This document shows positions 8,257 to 17,828 of a DNA stretch of 64,000 nt, piece by piece (the stretch's first letter is position 1; every line of letters starts with the position of its first letter). The translations under genes and the position numbers were made by a program. The notes beneath the pieces were generated by a model. The model saw nothing but the letters and a program-made list of their open reading frames with translations, ran no database searches and had not been told where the DNA came from. The DNA is from a virus. Location of the stretch: positions 39,146-103,145 of the IMG/VR virus record IMGVR_UViG_3300028840_004913; one strand, 5' to 3'.

Positions 8257-8812
8257 CTTTATCCCCCCTTAATATATCCATAACGGTTACGGCAATGCCA
8301 TATGCTTGCCAGATATCATCATGAAATGCGTGGCCATCTGTGTTGAACCATGTGTCCTTGGCCTCCCTGATCATTGCTGTGCGCTTGATTTCACCAGAAT
8401 GGCACCTGTGCCATGCATCCGGTGCGAATCTCTTTATGAGAGCGTCCCTGATCTCTTTGTCGCCTCCAGATTTTTTACGGGTCAGGTGGTGGATCTGCCT
8501 CGATCGTGATACCCAAAAGGTATTTGATTTACAACTCCTTGCATGGTGGGCGCCGGAGAACAGTCCGGACCATATTGCAGCATCTGAAACTTCCCTGCCG
8601 GCCCATTTCCTTGAAATGATATATTCCATTGCGATTGTTTCCGGCACGACTTTAGGAAAACCTGGTCCTACCGTGAAGCCATTAAATCTATCAAATAATT
8701 TTTCATTTTCTAAAATTCCAGATTCAGCCGGCTGGAGGTTTTCGTATATTGTGCAAAACGCTGTTTTCTCAGATCCCGGGTCTATTCCCATCACCAACGT
8801 TGGAATTGTCAT
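8231..8812 (-). CDS. RuvC-like Holliday junction resolvase
   Basis: VMGIDPGSEKTAF, IAME, DIWQAYGIA (RNase H fold pattern). Confidence 0.7.
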   Translation of the reverse strand: MTIPTLVMGIDPGSEKTAFCTIYENLQPAESGILENEKLFDRFNGFTVGPGFPKVVPETIAMEYIISRKWAGREVSDAAIWSGLFSGAHHARSCKSNTFWVSRSRQIHHLTRKKSGGDKEIRDALIKRFAPDAWHRCHSGEIKRTAMIREAKDTWFNTDGHAFHDDIWQAYGIAVTVMDILRGDKDGLLKRFV

Positions 8813-9006
8813 ACTGTGCCTCCCAATTATCGCAATACTCATCAAATACTAAAAACATGCAGCGCTTTGCATTCGTGGCGTCACGATAATAAAAACATTC
8901 TTTCTGGCTATCGTGGCTACTATGTGCACAGCACTCGCTTAACCCCCAACCCTTTTTGCAATGGCTTATTACCAGGCTCATATATTCCTTTTCCGCGCAA
9001 GATAAC

Positions 9007-9031
9007 GGAGGGGGGTGACCAGCCCCCCTCC
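9007..9031 (-). terminator. GC-rich hairpin, probable terminator
   Basis: GGAGGGGGG/CCCCCCTCC stem after the 9067 stop; weak U tract. Confidence 0.5.
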
Positions 9032-9066
9032 ATATTAACCGGTTCAGCCACCCCTGGTATTCCCGA

Positions 9067-10071
9067 TTAATGATCGATAGGATTATAGCCCGATCTTAAC
9101 TGAGGCTTTTTTACCTCAAGGATACCTGTGCTATAACATTCATAAACTCCCTCGGGGAGAAGCTCATTCCTGGACTTTGCCTTTCCGTATCCAGTAGATG
9201 TGCTCGGCGTTATAATGCTATCACCGCTCGAGGACGCCACGCTCCCCTGGCCGCCGAAGCCGATACCCCAGGAAACACCCTCAAGATGTTTTCCCTCTGC
9301 TCCCTCGTATACGGGAATCATATGGGTTACCCCGTTCTCCATTGCGGATTCTGCTGCTTTACCAACGACGCCTGTGGCAACAGCATCCAAACCGTCGACG
9401 GTAACATATATGTAACCCATAAACTTGCCAGCCTTACCGTATGAAATACTGGAAGTAGGCTCGCCCTGGAACACGAGTCCTGGGGTCACAACGGCATCTG
9501 GAGCTCCGTCGGCGAGTGCCTTGGCCTGCTTTTTTGTAATAAAACCAAGACGTTCAAGGATATTATACCCCTGGACCTTGGCCTTGAATGCCTTGGCTGC
9601 TCCATCAACCTGGCCATCCGGAACAGTCGGGCCGGCCGCGGACGGGTGGTTCGCCTTGTTCTCTGCCTCTTCGAATATTACCGTCTGGCTGACACCCTCG
9701 TTATTCGCTGATTGATTTTGCCCCTGGATCTGCTTCTGGTCTTGTGCCTGGACCTGCTTTTGATCCTGCTTTTGGTGCTGCTTTTGGTCCATGTCGATCT
9801 CGTTATCAACATCGACAATATTAGCGTTCAGGTTCAGGTTCGTGTTTTTATTGCTGTTGGTATTTGTGTTCAGGTTCGTGTTTAGATTCGTGTTCGTATT
9901 CTTACTGGACGAATCCACCGTAACAATCGTCATACCGGGGTCTGACGATTCATCCGGAACACATTTCCACCCCTTTTTAACCTGGCCAGGAGGACAGTCT
10001 GCGGCCATAACCGACGTCGCGAACATCAAGGAAACAAACAATACAAGCATAATAACAAAATTCTTTTTCAT
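9067..10071 (-). CDS. Secreted protein with Asn/Thr- and Gln-rich repeats
   Basis: Signal peptide MKKNFVIMLVLFVSLMFATSVMA; NTNTNLN and QKQxQ repeats. Confidence 0.75.
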   Translation of the reverse strand: MKKNFVIMLVLFVSLMFATSVMAADCPPGQVKKGWKCVPDESSDPGMTIVTVDSSSKNTNTNLNTNLNTNTNSNKNTNLNLNANIVDVDNEIDMDQKQHQKQDQKQVQAQDQKQIQGQNQSANNEGVSQTVIFEEAENKANHPSAAGPTVPDGQVDGAAKAFKAKVQGYNILERLGFITKKQAKALADGAPDAVVTPGLVFQGEPTSSISYGKAGKFMGYIYVTVDGLDAVATGVVGKAAESAMENGVTHMIPVYEGAEGKHLEGVSWGIGFGGQGSVASSSGDSIITPSTSTGYGKAKSRNELLPEGVYECYSTGILEVKKPQLRSGYNPIDH

Positions 10072-10240
10072 TTTTTTACCCCCCCATATAATTTTTTGAT
10101 CGTCCGCAGGGGAGCTCTCTACTTAGGATTTCGCTACACCCTGCCGGTGCTGTACGCACATCAACCCATAAACGGCTTTTGCGGACTATTTGAGAAACAT
10201 TATAACACCTTTTTTGCGTTAATGGTGCATTAATAGAACA

Positions 10241-10675
10241 TTAAAACGGAATATCATCATCCTCTGGACCAGGGTAGCTACCACCTTCTGGAGGATCTGC
10301 CTGGACAGGGCTCTTTTCATATCCGGAATCACCACGACCGAGATCGATAAAATTCATATCTCTGAGGACAAACTCTGTCGTGTAATTCTTCCGGCCGTCG
10401 TTACCCTCCCACGAACGCGTCTGTACCTGGGCCTCGACATATATCCGGCTTCCCTTTGAAAGGTAGTCCTTGCATATGTCTGCCCATTTTTTGAATGCGA
10501 CAATACGGACCCACTCCGTCTGTTTCTTTTGCTCGCCGCCGCCCTTCGGAGTCCATACCTGGGTTACAGCGATCGAAAAATTTGCTACGGGATCTCCGTC
10601 TCTCGTATATCTGACCTCGGGATCTCCCCCCAACCTACCAATAAACATGCATTTGTTAAGACCTTTTTCTCCCAT
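10241..10675 (-). CDS. ssb: Single-stranded DNA-binding protein
   Basis: LNK..FIGRLG.DPEVRY...TEW.RIV; acidic DDDIPF tail. Confidence 0.97.
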   Translation of the reverse strand: MGEKGLNKCMFIGRLGGDPEVRYTRDGDPVANFSIAVTQVWTPKGGGEQKKQTEWVRIVAFKKWADICKDYLSKGSRIYVEAQVQTRSWEGNDGRKNYTTEFVLRDMNFIDLGRGDSGYEKSPVQADPPEGGSYPGPEDDDIPF

Positions 10676-10687
10676 TTGTTGCCTCCT

Positions 10688-11620
10688 TTAATTTGATAGA
10701 ATTATGAATCCCTGGTGCTCGTCAACAACTATCTTCCGAACAGCCTGGATCCTGCCGTTCCTTACTTCCGTTACGGTGAATCCGAGGGCGACGGGATCAT
10801 ACCCCGCCATTTCTGCATAGCCGCTTGAATGTTTTCTATCTTCATCATACTTAACCGGCCGATACAGTTTTAAGAACGATCCGGTGTTTGCGTAATACCT
10901 TAATTCGTCTGGTATATAATCAACGTCACCATAATATTTTTCCGGATTCGTATACCCCTGGATTATCTTCCCCCCACCGACATGCCTCATATAAAGCTCC
11001 TGGTGAGGAGTGTATACCTCAAGCTGGTGGGTATGGCCCATGCACATTAGCATGCAATTTGAAGCCTTTGCGGCGAGCTTCATCATTAGGGATATCTCCC
11101 TGTTTGCCTTGGCCCTCTTCCCGGGCTTAACCTTTGAGCTTATCGAACCCCATCCATGCCCAACGAAATTTCTAAACATGACAGTACCGTGGACAGTCTT
11201 GAATGTCAAAACAGCCTGATATGTACCAAATTCGCCGCCGACTCTTTTCGCGTGCTCATATGTAGAATTTCCAAGAGGCCTCAACTTCCTGGTATTAGAA
11301 TGATTTCCATCCATCCATACTAAAAACTTTTTAGCATATGGCCTGTGCATATTCTCGGATGCATCTACCATCCAATACATATCCTTTTCAGCGTCATGTA
11401 CCCCTGGGTCAAACCTGTAATCGTCCATGTAAATACCCTCATGGATATCTCCGACATGAACAGCGACATTACGAGACGCCGGCAGCCCTCCCCATTCTGA
11501 GTCTAAAGCATTAAGGGCCATCATATACCCTCGCTCATACATCATGCTGTTTCCAAGGTGGTTATCCCCTATATGGAATAAATTAAAATCGTCTGGTAAA
11601 ACAAAGTCAAGGTGCCTCAT
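10688..11620 (-). CDS. Calcineurin-like metallophosphoesterase
   Basis: GDNHLG, GDIHE, GNH, HG and GHTH motifs. Confidence 0.85.
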   Translation of the reverse strand: MRHLDFVLPDDFNLFHIGDNHLGNSMMYERGYMMALNALDSEWGGLPASRNVAVHVGDIHEGIYMDDYRFDPGVHDAEKDMYWMVDASENMHRPYAKKFLVWMDGNHSNTRKLRPLGNSTYEHAKRVGGEFGTYQAVLTFKTVHGTVMFRNFVGHGWGSISSKVKPGKRAKANREISLMMKLAAKASNCMLMCMGHTHQLEVYTPHQELYMRHVGGGKIIQGYTNPEKYYGDVDYIPDELRYYANTGSFLKLYRPVKYDEDRKHSSGYAEMAGYDPVALGFTVTEVRNGRIQAVRKIVVDEHQGFIILSN

Positions 11621-11622
11621 TT

Positions 11623-11958
11623 CTATACCCCTCTTTTCCTGGTTGATCCTTCACGACAGTTTATGCACCGCACATAACCAGCATCCTCCTCCCTCAAAGG
11701 ACCTGAGCACGCTACACATCTGCCCTCATTAACCATTTTCTGTTCATAGGCCTTTCTTATCCTATGGACTTTCCCCCCGGCACGGCGAATATAATCTTTT
11801 CGCCATTGGTTATTATATTCTAAGCAGGTTCTACACCGAACCCTACCATCTGCTGTACTCTCTTTCCCACATTGGACACAGACTCCGGCCGCACGGTATG
11901 CTGCGTATTTCATTTTAGTCTGATCCAAAAGGGACCTCCCTATCGGAAAGGTTTTCAA
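11623..11958 (-). CDS. Cys-rich Zn-finger protein
   Basis: Two GxCVxC...RCxxC repeats. Confidence 0.7.
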   Translation of the reverse strand: MKTFPIGRSLLDQTKMKYAAYRAAGVCVQCGKESTADGRVRCRTCLEYNNQWRKDYIRRAGGKVHRIRKAYEQKMVNEGRCVACSGPLREEDAGYVRCINCREGSTRKRGV

Positions 11959-13267
11959 ACTGTGCGAACCGTTTTAAAAACTTTAGCTTCGCAACGCCAA
12001 GAGGGCCATTCCGCTGTTTGCAAATTCCAAACTCGGTATAGCCCTCGAATGGTGACTCATGTTCTTTATCGGAATAAACCTCTGGACGATAGAGGAATGA
12101 AATGACATCTGCATCCTGCTCGATATTGCCAGACTCCCTCAGGTCAGACATTCTCGGCCGTTTATCGTCTCGATTTTCAAGGTTACGGTTTAATTGGCTC
12201 AATACAACACTCGGTATATTCAACTCCTTGCTCATTTCCTTAAACGCCCTTGTCATGGCGCCAAGGTCCTCGTTTCTATTGCTCTGACGTTTTGCTGTCC
12301 CACCGACAAGCTGTAGGTGGTCAATAATTATCAACTTGATCCCATGGGACCGCTTTAATTTTCTTGCCCGTCGACGTATCTCGTTATATGTAAGACCACC
12401 CTCATCGTCGATTATTATCGGGAGCCGCTTTAGGGGATCTTTGACAAATATGATTTTCTTCATATCCTCTTCGCTGAACATACCAGATCTAAATTTCTGC
12501 CCGTCTATACTTGCCTCAGCAGCCGTAAGCCTGTCAATCAATTGGCTTTTTGGCTGTTCAAGAGAGAATATTGCTACGGGAAGCTGTAGTCCAGCAGCGT
12601 GTCTCGCGATTCTTAAAGCCAATGCTGTCTTACCCATGGACGGTCTGGCAGCTACAATTATCAAGTCTGCCGGTTGAAAGCCACAGGTAAGAAAGTCAAA
12701 ATGCCTCAACCCCGTTGGGACCCCTGTGATATAACCTTCCCGGCCCTGGATCTCTTTCCAGTATTCAATCTGCTTGTCAAGAAGATGGCCAATTAACTCG
12801 GCATTTCCATCATTGCCTCCAGATGGATCTATCGCAGATATGGACTTTTGGATATACTCGATTGTCTCAACAGGATCATTCGACTGATCAAAACATCTTT
12901 TCATTCCAGCGTTACATAATTCTATCGCCCTCCTTAACGCTGACTTCTGTTTTAGTCTCTGTATTGTATATCGTATGTCAAGAAGGAATGTCTTATCAAG
13001 CAGATACGATAGATATGAGGCTCCTCCGGACTTCTCGATATTCCCATTATCTGACAGGTCGCCGAACACGGTTGTCAAGTCAACAGGATCCCCGCAGAAA
13101 TGAAGCCTCTGTGCTGTTTGGAATATTAGCTGGTTCTTTGTCGCATAAAAATCGCCAGGCTCCATCGAGTCCATAATCTCCTCGAGGGATTCGGTCGACC
13201 TAAACATTTCGCCAAGGATAGCCTCTTCTGATTCAACGTCACTCGGTTGTATTTGCAATTCAGTCAT
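11915..13267 (-). CDS. dnaB: Replicative DNA helicase
   Basis: AARPSMGKT, FSLE, IIDHLQL, LSQLNR, DLRESGNIEQDAD, KQRNGP. Confidence 0.98.
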   Translation of the reverse strand: MTELQIQPSDVESEEAILGEMFRSTESLEEIMDSMEPGDFYATKNQLIFQTAQRLHFCGDPVDLTTVFGDLSDNGNIEKSGGASYLSYLLDKTFLLDIRYTIQRLKQKSALRRAIELCNAGMKRCFDQSNDPVETIEYIQKSISAIDPSGGNDGNAELIGHLLDKQIEYWKEIQGREGYITGVPTGLRHFDFLTCGFQPADLIIVAARPSMGKTALALRIARHAAGLQLPVAIFSLEQPKSQLIDRLTAAEASIDGQKFRSGMFSEEDMKKIIFVKDPLKRLPIIIDDEGGLTYNEIRRRARKLKRSHGIKLIIIDHLQLVGGTAKRQSNRNEDLGAMTRAFKEMSKELNIPSVVLSQLNRNLENRDDKRPRMSDLRESGNIEQDADVISFLYRPEVYSDKEHESPFEGYTEFGICKQRNGPLGVAKLKFLKRFAQFENLSDREVPFGSD

Positions 13268-13965
13268 GAATTATCTCCGGTCTGTTTGGCCCATTCCGTC
13301 TCGAATTCGGAAAGTTGTCTGTTCATTTCCTCTACCTGCTCAGCGTATAGCTGGTCGTCGCTCTTTCTGAAAAACTTTGGATGGTAATCCTTTTGGCGTT
13401 TTATCCATGTCCTCCAGGTCGCCAGGAAATTAGCTCGCTTTACACCCTGGTCCTCGTGCCAATCACAAAAGCCATCGTAAACCTCACGATAACCCCAAAG
13501 CATACCGAGCTCCTTTGCGACCTCGATAAATTTTGGAAAAATCTTACGGTCCTTTTCGTCCCTGATCAAAAGCATGCACGACGGGATATATTTTTTTACT
13601 CCAGACCGATTCCCGCAAACGATTTCTTTGTAACCAAAAAACCCATCGTCTTTTTTTTCAGATTCCGGCTGCACCTTGTTTTTATTTTTATTATTATATA
13701 GTAATACCGGCTCCAATTCAAAAGCACCCCTTACAGAGGGGTAAGCCTTTCCTTTTATTACAGATATTTTATCTTGTGTTTGGAATGATTCAATACCACA
13801 ATTAGAGGTTAATGTGAACCCATACTGGCTGGTCTTTTTTACATTTATTAATAATGATCCCAGGCAGATAGTAACCTCTTCATCGTAAGGAAAAGCCTCT
13901 GTAGCCAGACCCCCACCCTGGCTCGCATCGAGAATCAACTGAACCATTTTACCATTAGCACCCAT
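13264..13965 (-). CDS. Putative replication initiator
   Basis: Directly upstream of dnaB; C-terminal FCDWH..G.K.ANFLATWRTWIKR resembles phage replication proteins. Confidence 0.55.
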   Translation of the reverse strand: MGANGKMVQLILDASQGGGLATEAFPYDEEVTICLGSLLINVKKTSQYGFTLTSNCGIESFQTQDKISVIKGKAYPSVRGAFELEPVLLYNNKNKNKVQPESEKKDDGFFGYKEIVCGNRSGVKKYIPSCMLLIRDEKDRKIFPKFIEVAKELGMLWGYREVYDGFCDWHEDQGVKRANFLATWRTWIKRQKDYHPKFFRKSDDQLYAEQVEEMNRQLSEFETEWAKQTGDNS

Positions 13966-14417
13966 TATAACCCCCCGTTTTCTAAGGTTTTTGTTAAATC
14001 AAAATCATTTACATCGTCGACTTCATTCGGAAGCGGGATCCAAATATTCCACTCCGTACTGGCCCAATGACGAATGGCCGCGAGGTAGTCCTCCATTTGT
14101 GATGTATTAAGGACAGTCGTCGATAAGGTTATCGGCAAACCAGGGACGGGCTCTATAGTTAAAAACATACTGGCCATGGTTGAATGCATATCGTCGACTG
14201 AGTACCCAAAATAATTACACAGGTACTTCCTTAGAACGACTCCACGATAGTATGCGTTCTGTTCATTCGACCTTATCGTTTTTTTCGTCGCCTTCTCAAG
14301 AGAAACGAATACTCTATCACCAGGCTTAAATTGAGCCTTGTGCTTAGAGTATAGGTCTGGACGGTCAAGCCTCGGATGGCCCTGGTCGTCGATCGTTGCT
14401 GAAAATTTAATTCCCAT
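13965..14417 (-). CDS. NinB-like recombination protein
   Basis: RSNEQNAYY...STTVLNTSQMEDYL..I...IPLP. Confidence 0.7.
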   Translation of the reverse strand: MGIKFSATIDDQGHPRLDRPDLYSKHKAQFKPGDRVFVSLEKATKKTIRSNEQNAYYRGVVLRKYLCNYFGYSVDDMHSTMASMFLTIEPVPGLPITLSTTVLNTSQMEDYLAAIRHWASTEWNIWIPLPNEVDDVNDFDLTKTLENGGL

Positions 14418-14715
14418 TTTTAAATGATACCACAACTTTGTCGATAATGGTGCATGGATCGTCAGACAAATACAAAAAGGCCAGGTGCTCAGCGATAGCG
14501 TCCTCCTCATCCTCCCTTATCGGGCGCCCGAGCGAGATTTCTATCCGCTCCAAAAGCATCAAGGCCAGCATCCGGCGAAAATATTTTTCTTTTGCGCTTC
14601 TTAGGTTTCTCTTCGCTATGTCATATGATATCCCGAGGTCCTCAGCTATCTCATTCACAGGTACAAGCTCTTCTGACTCCGGTTTTTTTCCTGGTTTTGA
14701 TCCTGGTACAATCAT
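14407..14715 (-). CDS. HTH DNA-binding protein
   Basis: VNEIAEDLGISYDIAKRNLRSAKEK. Confidence 0.6.
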   Translation of the reverse strand: MIVPGSKPGKKPESEELVPVNEIAEDLGISYDIAKRNLRSAKEKYFRRMLALMLLERIEISLGRPIREDEEDAIAEHLAFLYLSDDPCTIIDKVVVSFKNGN

Positions 14716-14878
14716 TTTAACCCCCCTGCTTTATATGAGTTTTTTATCGTTTCGTGACCTGAGTTGATCATGGCGGCCGTGCATGTGAATAATATTGTCA
14801 AAATGATCCATGCGATTAAGACTGATCTGATCTTCATTTTTCTCATTATAAATTCCCCTTGTTGATATTAATTTTGGT

Positions 14879-14903
14879 GGGGGGAGCTACCGGTGCTCCC
14901 CCC
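14879..14903. terminator. GC hairpin without a U tract
   Basis: GGGGGGAGC/GCTCCCCCC; same stem as 16148-16167. Confidence 0.4.
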
Positions 14904-14912
14904 GGGTTAGGT

Positions 14913-15191
14913 TTAGTCGGTTACGACGAATGATTCACCGTTCATTGTGATCGTCCTGAGGGTATCCAGGTTAATACTCCGGAACCCACCAACCTGCATG
15001 TCAAATACGCGCATGACAGGAACATCCAGACCAACGGATTTGCCGGTGAATTTGACGCCCTTCTTGACACCAAGGCGGCAATTCATTTCGCGAAGGGATC
15101 CGTCCTTCTTGATAAAGGTTACGGTGAATACTCGGCCATTGCTGGCGCGAAGCTGGTTGACGACGTTTACTCTGTGAATTGCTTTTTTCAT
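14913..15191 (-). CDS. SH3-fold / WYL-like (DUF2693-type) protein
   Basis: FTVTFIKKDGSLREM...VFD....FRSI. Confidence 0.7.
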   Translation of the reverse strand: MKKAIHRVNVVNQLRASNGRVFTVTFIKKDGSLREMNCRLGVKKGVKFTGKSVGLDVPVMRVFDMQVGGFRSINLDTLRTITMNGESFVVTD

Positions 15192-15193
15192 GT

Positions 15194-15397
15194 TTAGATC
15201 TCCCTTTTAGTTTTGATCAACCGAATGTGATCGTGTTTGATATCGCTGACAAACATTGCAGCCTTAGCCATACTAAAAAATCCGAATGATGCGAAATGAT
15301 CTTTACTCTCTACTGTTACAATTATCATCCCGCTGTCTAACTTATTTACCTGAGCCCTGAGGCCGTTCTTAAATGTTTCATCGAATGTCATTTTCAT
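15194..15397 (-). CDS. Hypothetical protein
   Basis: GGAGG RBS; directly after a promoter. Confidence 0.65.
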   Translation of the reverse strand: MKMTFDETFKNGLRAQVNKLDSGMIIVTVESKDHFASFGFFSMAKAAMFVSDIKHDHIRLIKTKREI

Positions 15398-15422
15398 GTT
15401 TTTTCCTCCGCTGTTGTATACT

Positions 15423-15449
15423 ATATCGGCAGATTCTAAAATAACTTTA
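15423..15449 (-). promoter_or_regulatory. Sigma-28-type promoter
   Basis: TAAA-GTTATTTTAGAATCT(15)-GCCGATAT with an upstream A tract. Confidence 0.8.
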
Positions 15450-15528
15450 GCTCTTTTTTTACATTAATGAAAATAAAATTGCAACCCCACCCCAGGCAAA
15501 AAGAATTAAAATTAAGAAGCCAATTAAA

Positions 15529-15785
15529 TTATTTGATTTTCTCGATCTCAAGATCCGTCCTCCCGCAAATTGAACATGTCAAATTCAATGTGTTAATGTC
15601 ATTATGTAGGCATTTAAAATTATCTGCTCCCACAATGACACGCCTCGCACGATTGCCTCTTCCCCGTGTAACGAGCTCAAACTTTCCCTTATCCTTACCC
15701 GTCTTGATTAGCCTGGCAGCGTATGCCGGCCGCCATCCGTCACCGTAAAACGTCCCTACTACTGTTCTCAGGTCCTCAGTCGTCA
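15529..15785 (-). CDS. Hypothetical protein
   Basis: Probable start MTTEDL; C-terminal CxH/CxxC. Confidence 0.5.
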
Positions 15786-15928
15786 TTTCCCTTAACTCGT
15801 GGGCTCTGTTCTGGATGTTCTTTTTCAACGTGGTCCTCCAATTCGTCGCATGTGAATCCCTTTTTAAACGGAGTGCAAAAGGGGCATTGGTATTTGCCGG
15901 CGACATGTTTATATCTTTGTTTTGCCAT
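15776..15928 (-). CDS. Small C2H2-like Zn-finger protein
   Basis: YQCPFC...LEDHVEKEH. Confidence 0.55.
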   Translation of the reverse strand: MAKQRYKHVAGKYQCPFCTPFKKGFTCDELEDHVEKEHPEQSPRVKGNDD

Positions 15929-16133
15929 TGCAAAATCTCCATATCTCGAGAGTGTTATATCCGCAATCAAAGCAATGGGTTATCGAATCGTCCTCTTCGA
16001 CCTTTACCCAGGTATTTTCGCTTGAGCAATCTAAGCACGGCTCAGGTATAGACCGCATCCACTCGACCTCACATTCGTCACAGCAAAAAATATCGTGTAA
16101 ATTTATTGGGTTAAAGCAATTAAGACAGAACAT
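15909..16133 (-). CDS. Cys-rich hypothetical protein
   Basis: GGAGG RBS; four CxxC-type motifs. Confidence 0.55.
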   Translation of the reverse strand: MFCLNCFNPINLHDIFCCDECEVEWMRSIPEPCLDCSSENTWVKVEEDDSITHCFDCGYNTLEIWRFCNGKTKI

Positions 16134-16147
16134 TTAAAACCTCCAAT

Positions 16148-16167
16148 GGGGGAGCCGAAGCTCCCCC
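16148..16167 (-). terminator. UUCG-capped hairpin after the DUF932 gene
   Basis: GGGGGAGC-TTCG-GCTCCCCC on the minus strand. Confidence 0.5.
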
Positions 16168-16181
16168 CGTAAGCCTTTGAT

Positions 16182-17195
16182 TTATTTTCCGATCAGGGCC
16201 TTGGCTGCTGCGAACGCCTTGGCTTTCATGGACCGGCCGGCACCAGACACGGCGGCCTTAAACCGGTTATTGATCGATCGAGCAGGTTTCTCGTGATCGA
16301 TATACTCGGTAACCGCATTCAGGGCACCCCACAGGGTACGGTATGAGGTTTTGAGCTCGGCGCCACGGCCATCAAGGAAGCCCTGCATAATTTTAAGGAA
16401 GGCTTTCTTTTTTGCATTCGGGCGCTCTTTCCAGGTTTTCTTGAGCTCTTCGGCGTCGAATACGATCTCAGCGAAAAACTTGAATGCCTCGGTGGTCGGC
16501 ATGGTATGCTTTACCATTTCCTGGCACAGTCTGGAGAATTCAAGCCAACCGAGCTCGATAAGGCCTGCTTCCAATTTGACCTGGGCGGCATCAAACTTTT
16601 CGGTATGCGGGACCTTTATCACAGTCGGACCCTCTTCTCCGTTCTCTGAGGCGGCAATCGCAAACTCCAATGTGTTATTGCAAACAACGCGAATTGACGT
16701 AAACATAAGGGTGGTAGCCAGCGACGTATCATAGCTCGTCATGAGCAAGACATAGGGATAGACCTCATCACCGTCTCCCAGGTCGACACAGTCGCCGACT
16801 TCGGCCAGAGCCCAAACACGCTTTCCGTCGTCCAAGGATCCAGCGGTATGGATACGGAAGCCGTGAAGCTCGATAAGATCGCGATAGAATTCAAGGATCT
16901 CGTGCGGCTGGACAACGTTATATCCTTCGGATACTATTGATAGGGGTGAGAAATTATCTGTCCGGAAAAGGACCTTCCGAGTAGGCATGTCAGCCTCGAT
17001 CTTCGCGTCGCGAAAACCACCGGCTATTTCGTATTTGACGATTGACTCCATAACCCGCCAATCTAAATGAGCTTTCTTTTCCCACTCCTCGATAGTTGCA
17101 TTGGGGTCTACCTGTTGTCCAAGTCCATGCCAAGGTTTGTCGCCAACATAAGCCATGCTGTGTTCGCCGTTGATTTCGTAAACTTTGTGACTCAT
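16182..17195 (-). CDS. DUF932/DUF945 family phage/plasmid protein
   Basis: PWHGLG, YNVVQP, TAGSL..GKRVW, TSIRVVCNNTL, TLWGALNAVTEYIDH. Confidence 0.92.
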   Translation of the reverse strand: MSHKVYEINGEHSMAYVGDKPWHGLGQQVDPNATIEEWEKKAHLDWRVMESIVKYEIAGGFRDAKIEADMPTRKVLFRTDNFSPLSIVSEGYNVVQPHEILEFYRDLIELHGFRIHTAGSLDDGKRVWALAEVGDCVDLGDGDEVYPYVLLMTSYDTSLATTLMFTSIRVVCNNTLEFAIAASENGEEGPTVIKVPHTEKFDAAQVKLEAGLIELGWLEFSRLCQEMVKHTMPTTEAFKFFAEIVFDAEELKKTWKERPNAKKKAFLKIMQGFLDGRGAELKTSYRTLWGALNAVTEYIDHEKPARSINNRFKAAVSGAGRSMKAKAFAAAKALIGK

Positions 17196-17250
17196 AATTT
17201 TTCTCCTTTGTTGATTGTTTTTGTTGGTATTTCTCTGACTCTACTATTTA

Positions 17251-17277
17251 TTATCGGCAATGTCAATATAAACTTTA
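17251..17277 (-). promoter_or_regulatory. Sigma-28 promoter with an embedded sigma-70 -35
   Basis: TAAA-GTTTATATTGACATT(15)-GCCGATAA; TTGACA-N17-TAGAGT; A tracts upstream. Confidence 0.85.
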
Positions 17278-17326
17278 GCTTTTTTTTATTTTTTTTTGGC
17301 GGCCCGGGGAGGCACCGCCAATCTGG

Positions 17327-17545
17327 TCAGATGTCATTCCTCAACTTCGTGATTGTGGCCATTAGATCTTGAGCTTGCAGGGCGGCAACCCTAAGGTCAC
17401 CAGCGGCATCGTCATTCATTACCATAACTCTGAATTGGCCCAGGGTATCTTCGACCGCGAACATTTGCTTTTCAAGAATTCTTGCCAAAGATTTGTTGCA
17501 CTCATTAACACCCTCGCTGAAAGCGTCCATCGATTTACTTGCCAT
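17327..17545 (-). CDS. Hypothetical protein
   Basis: GGGAGG RBS. Confidence 0.6.
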   Translation of the reverse strand: MASKSMDAFSEGVNECNKSLARILEKQMFAVEDTLGQFRVMVMNDDAAGDLRVAALQAQDLMATITKLRNDI

Positions 17546-17563
17546 TTTTACCTCCCTCAGTTT

Positions 17564-17758
17564 TTAATTAATTTCGTTACCGTTATCATCTTCCATCCTG
17601 AGATACCCACCACAACTGACGAGATCTTGATAATAAGGATCAAATGAATTATGCGAGGTCAATTCTTCGAAGCGAGCAATACATTCGTCTTTTGTATCAT
17701 ACTCCTCTATCGCGTTTGCCCCATTATCATTTGTCTGTTCTATTATTTTGTATTTCAT
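17564..17758 (-). CDS. Hypothetical protein
   Basis: GAGG RBS after the promoter. Confidence 0.6.
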   Translation of the reverse strand: MKYKIIEQTNDNGANAIEEYDTKDECIARFEELTSHNSFDPYYQDLVSCGGYLRMEDDNGNEIN

Positions 17759-17801
17759 TTTGGCCTCGTTTTTGTGATGATTCCGTATCGTACTATGAAT
17801 A

Positions 17802-17828
17802 TTATCGGCATGTCAAGAATAAACTTTA
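17802..17828 (-). promoter_or_regulatory. Sigma-28 promoter with an embedded sigma-70 -35
   Basis: TAAA-GTTTATTCTTGACAT(15)-GCCGATAA; TTGACA-N18-TACGAT. Confidence 0.85.

Noticed and set aside
10120-10180. Hammerhead ribozyme or c-di-GMP riboswitch
   Set aside because: Required core sequences (CUGANGA...GAAA; GGCAAA...GCAAAG) are absent.
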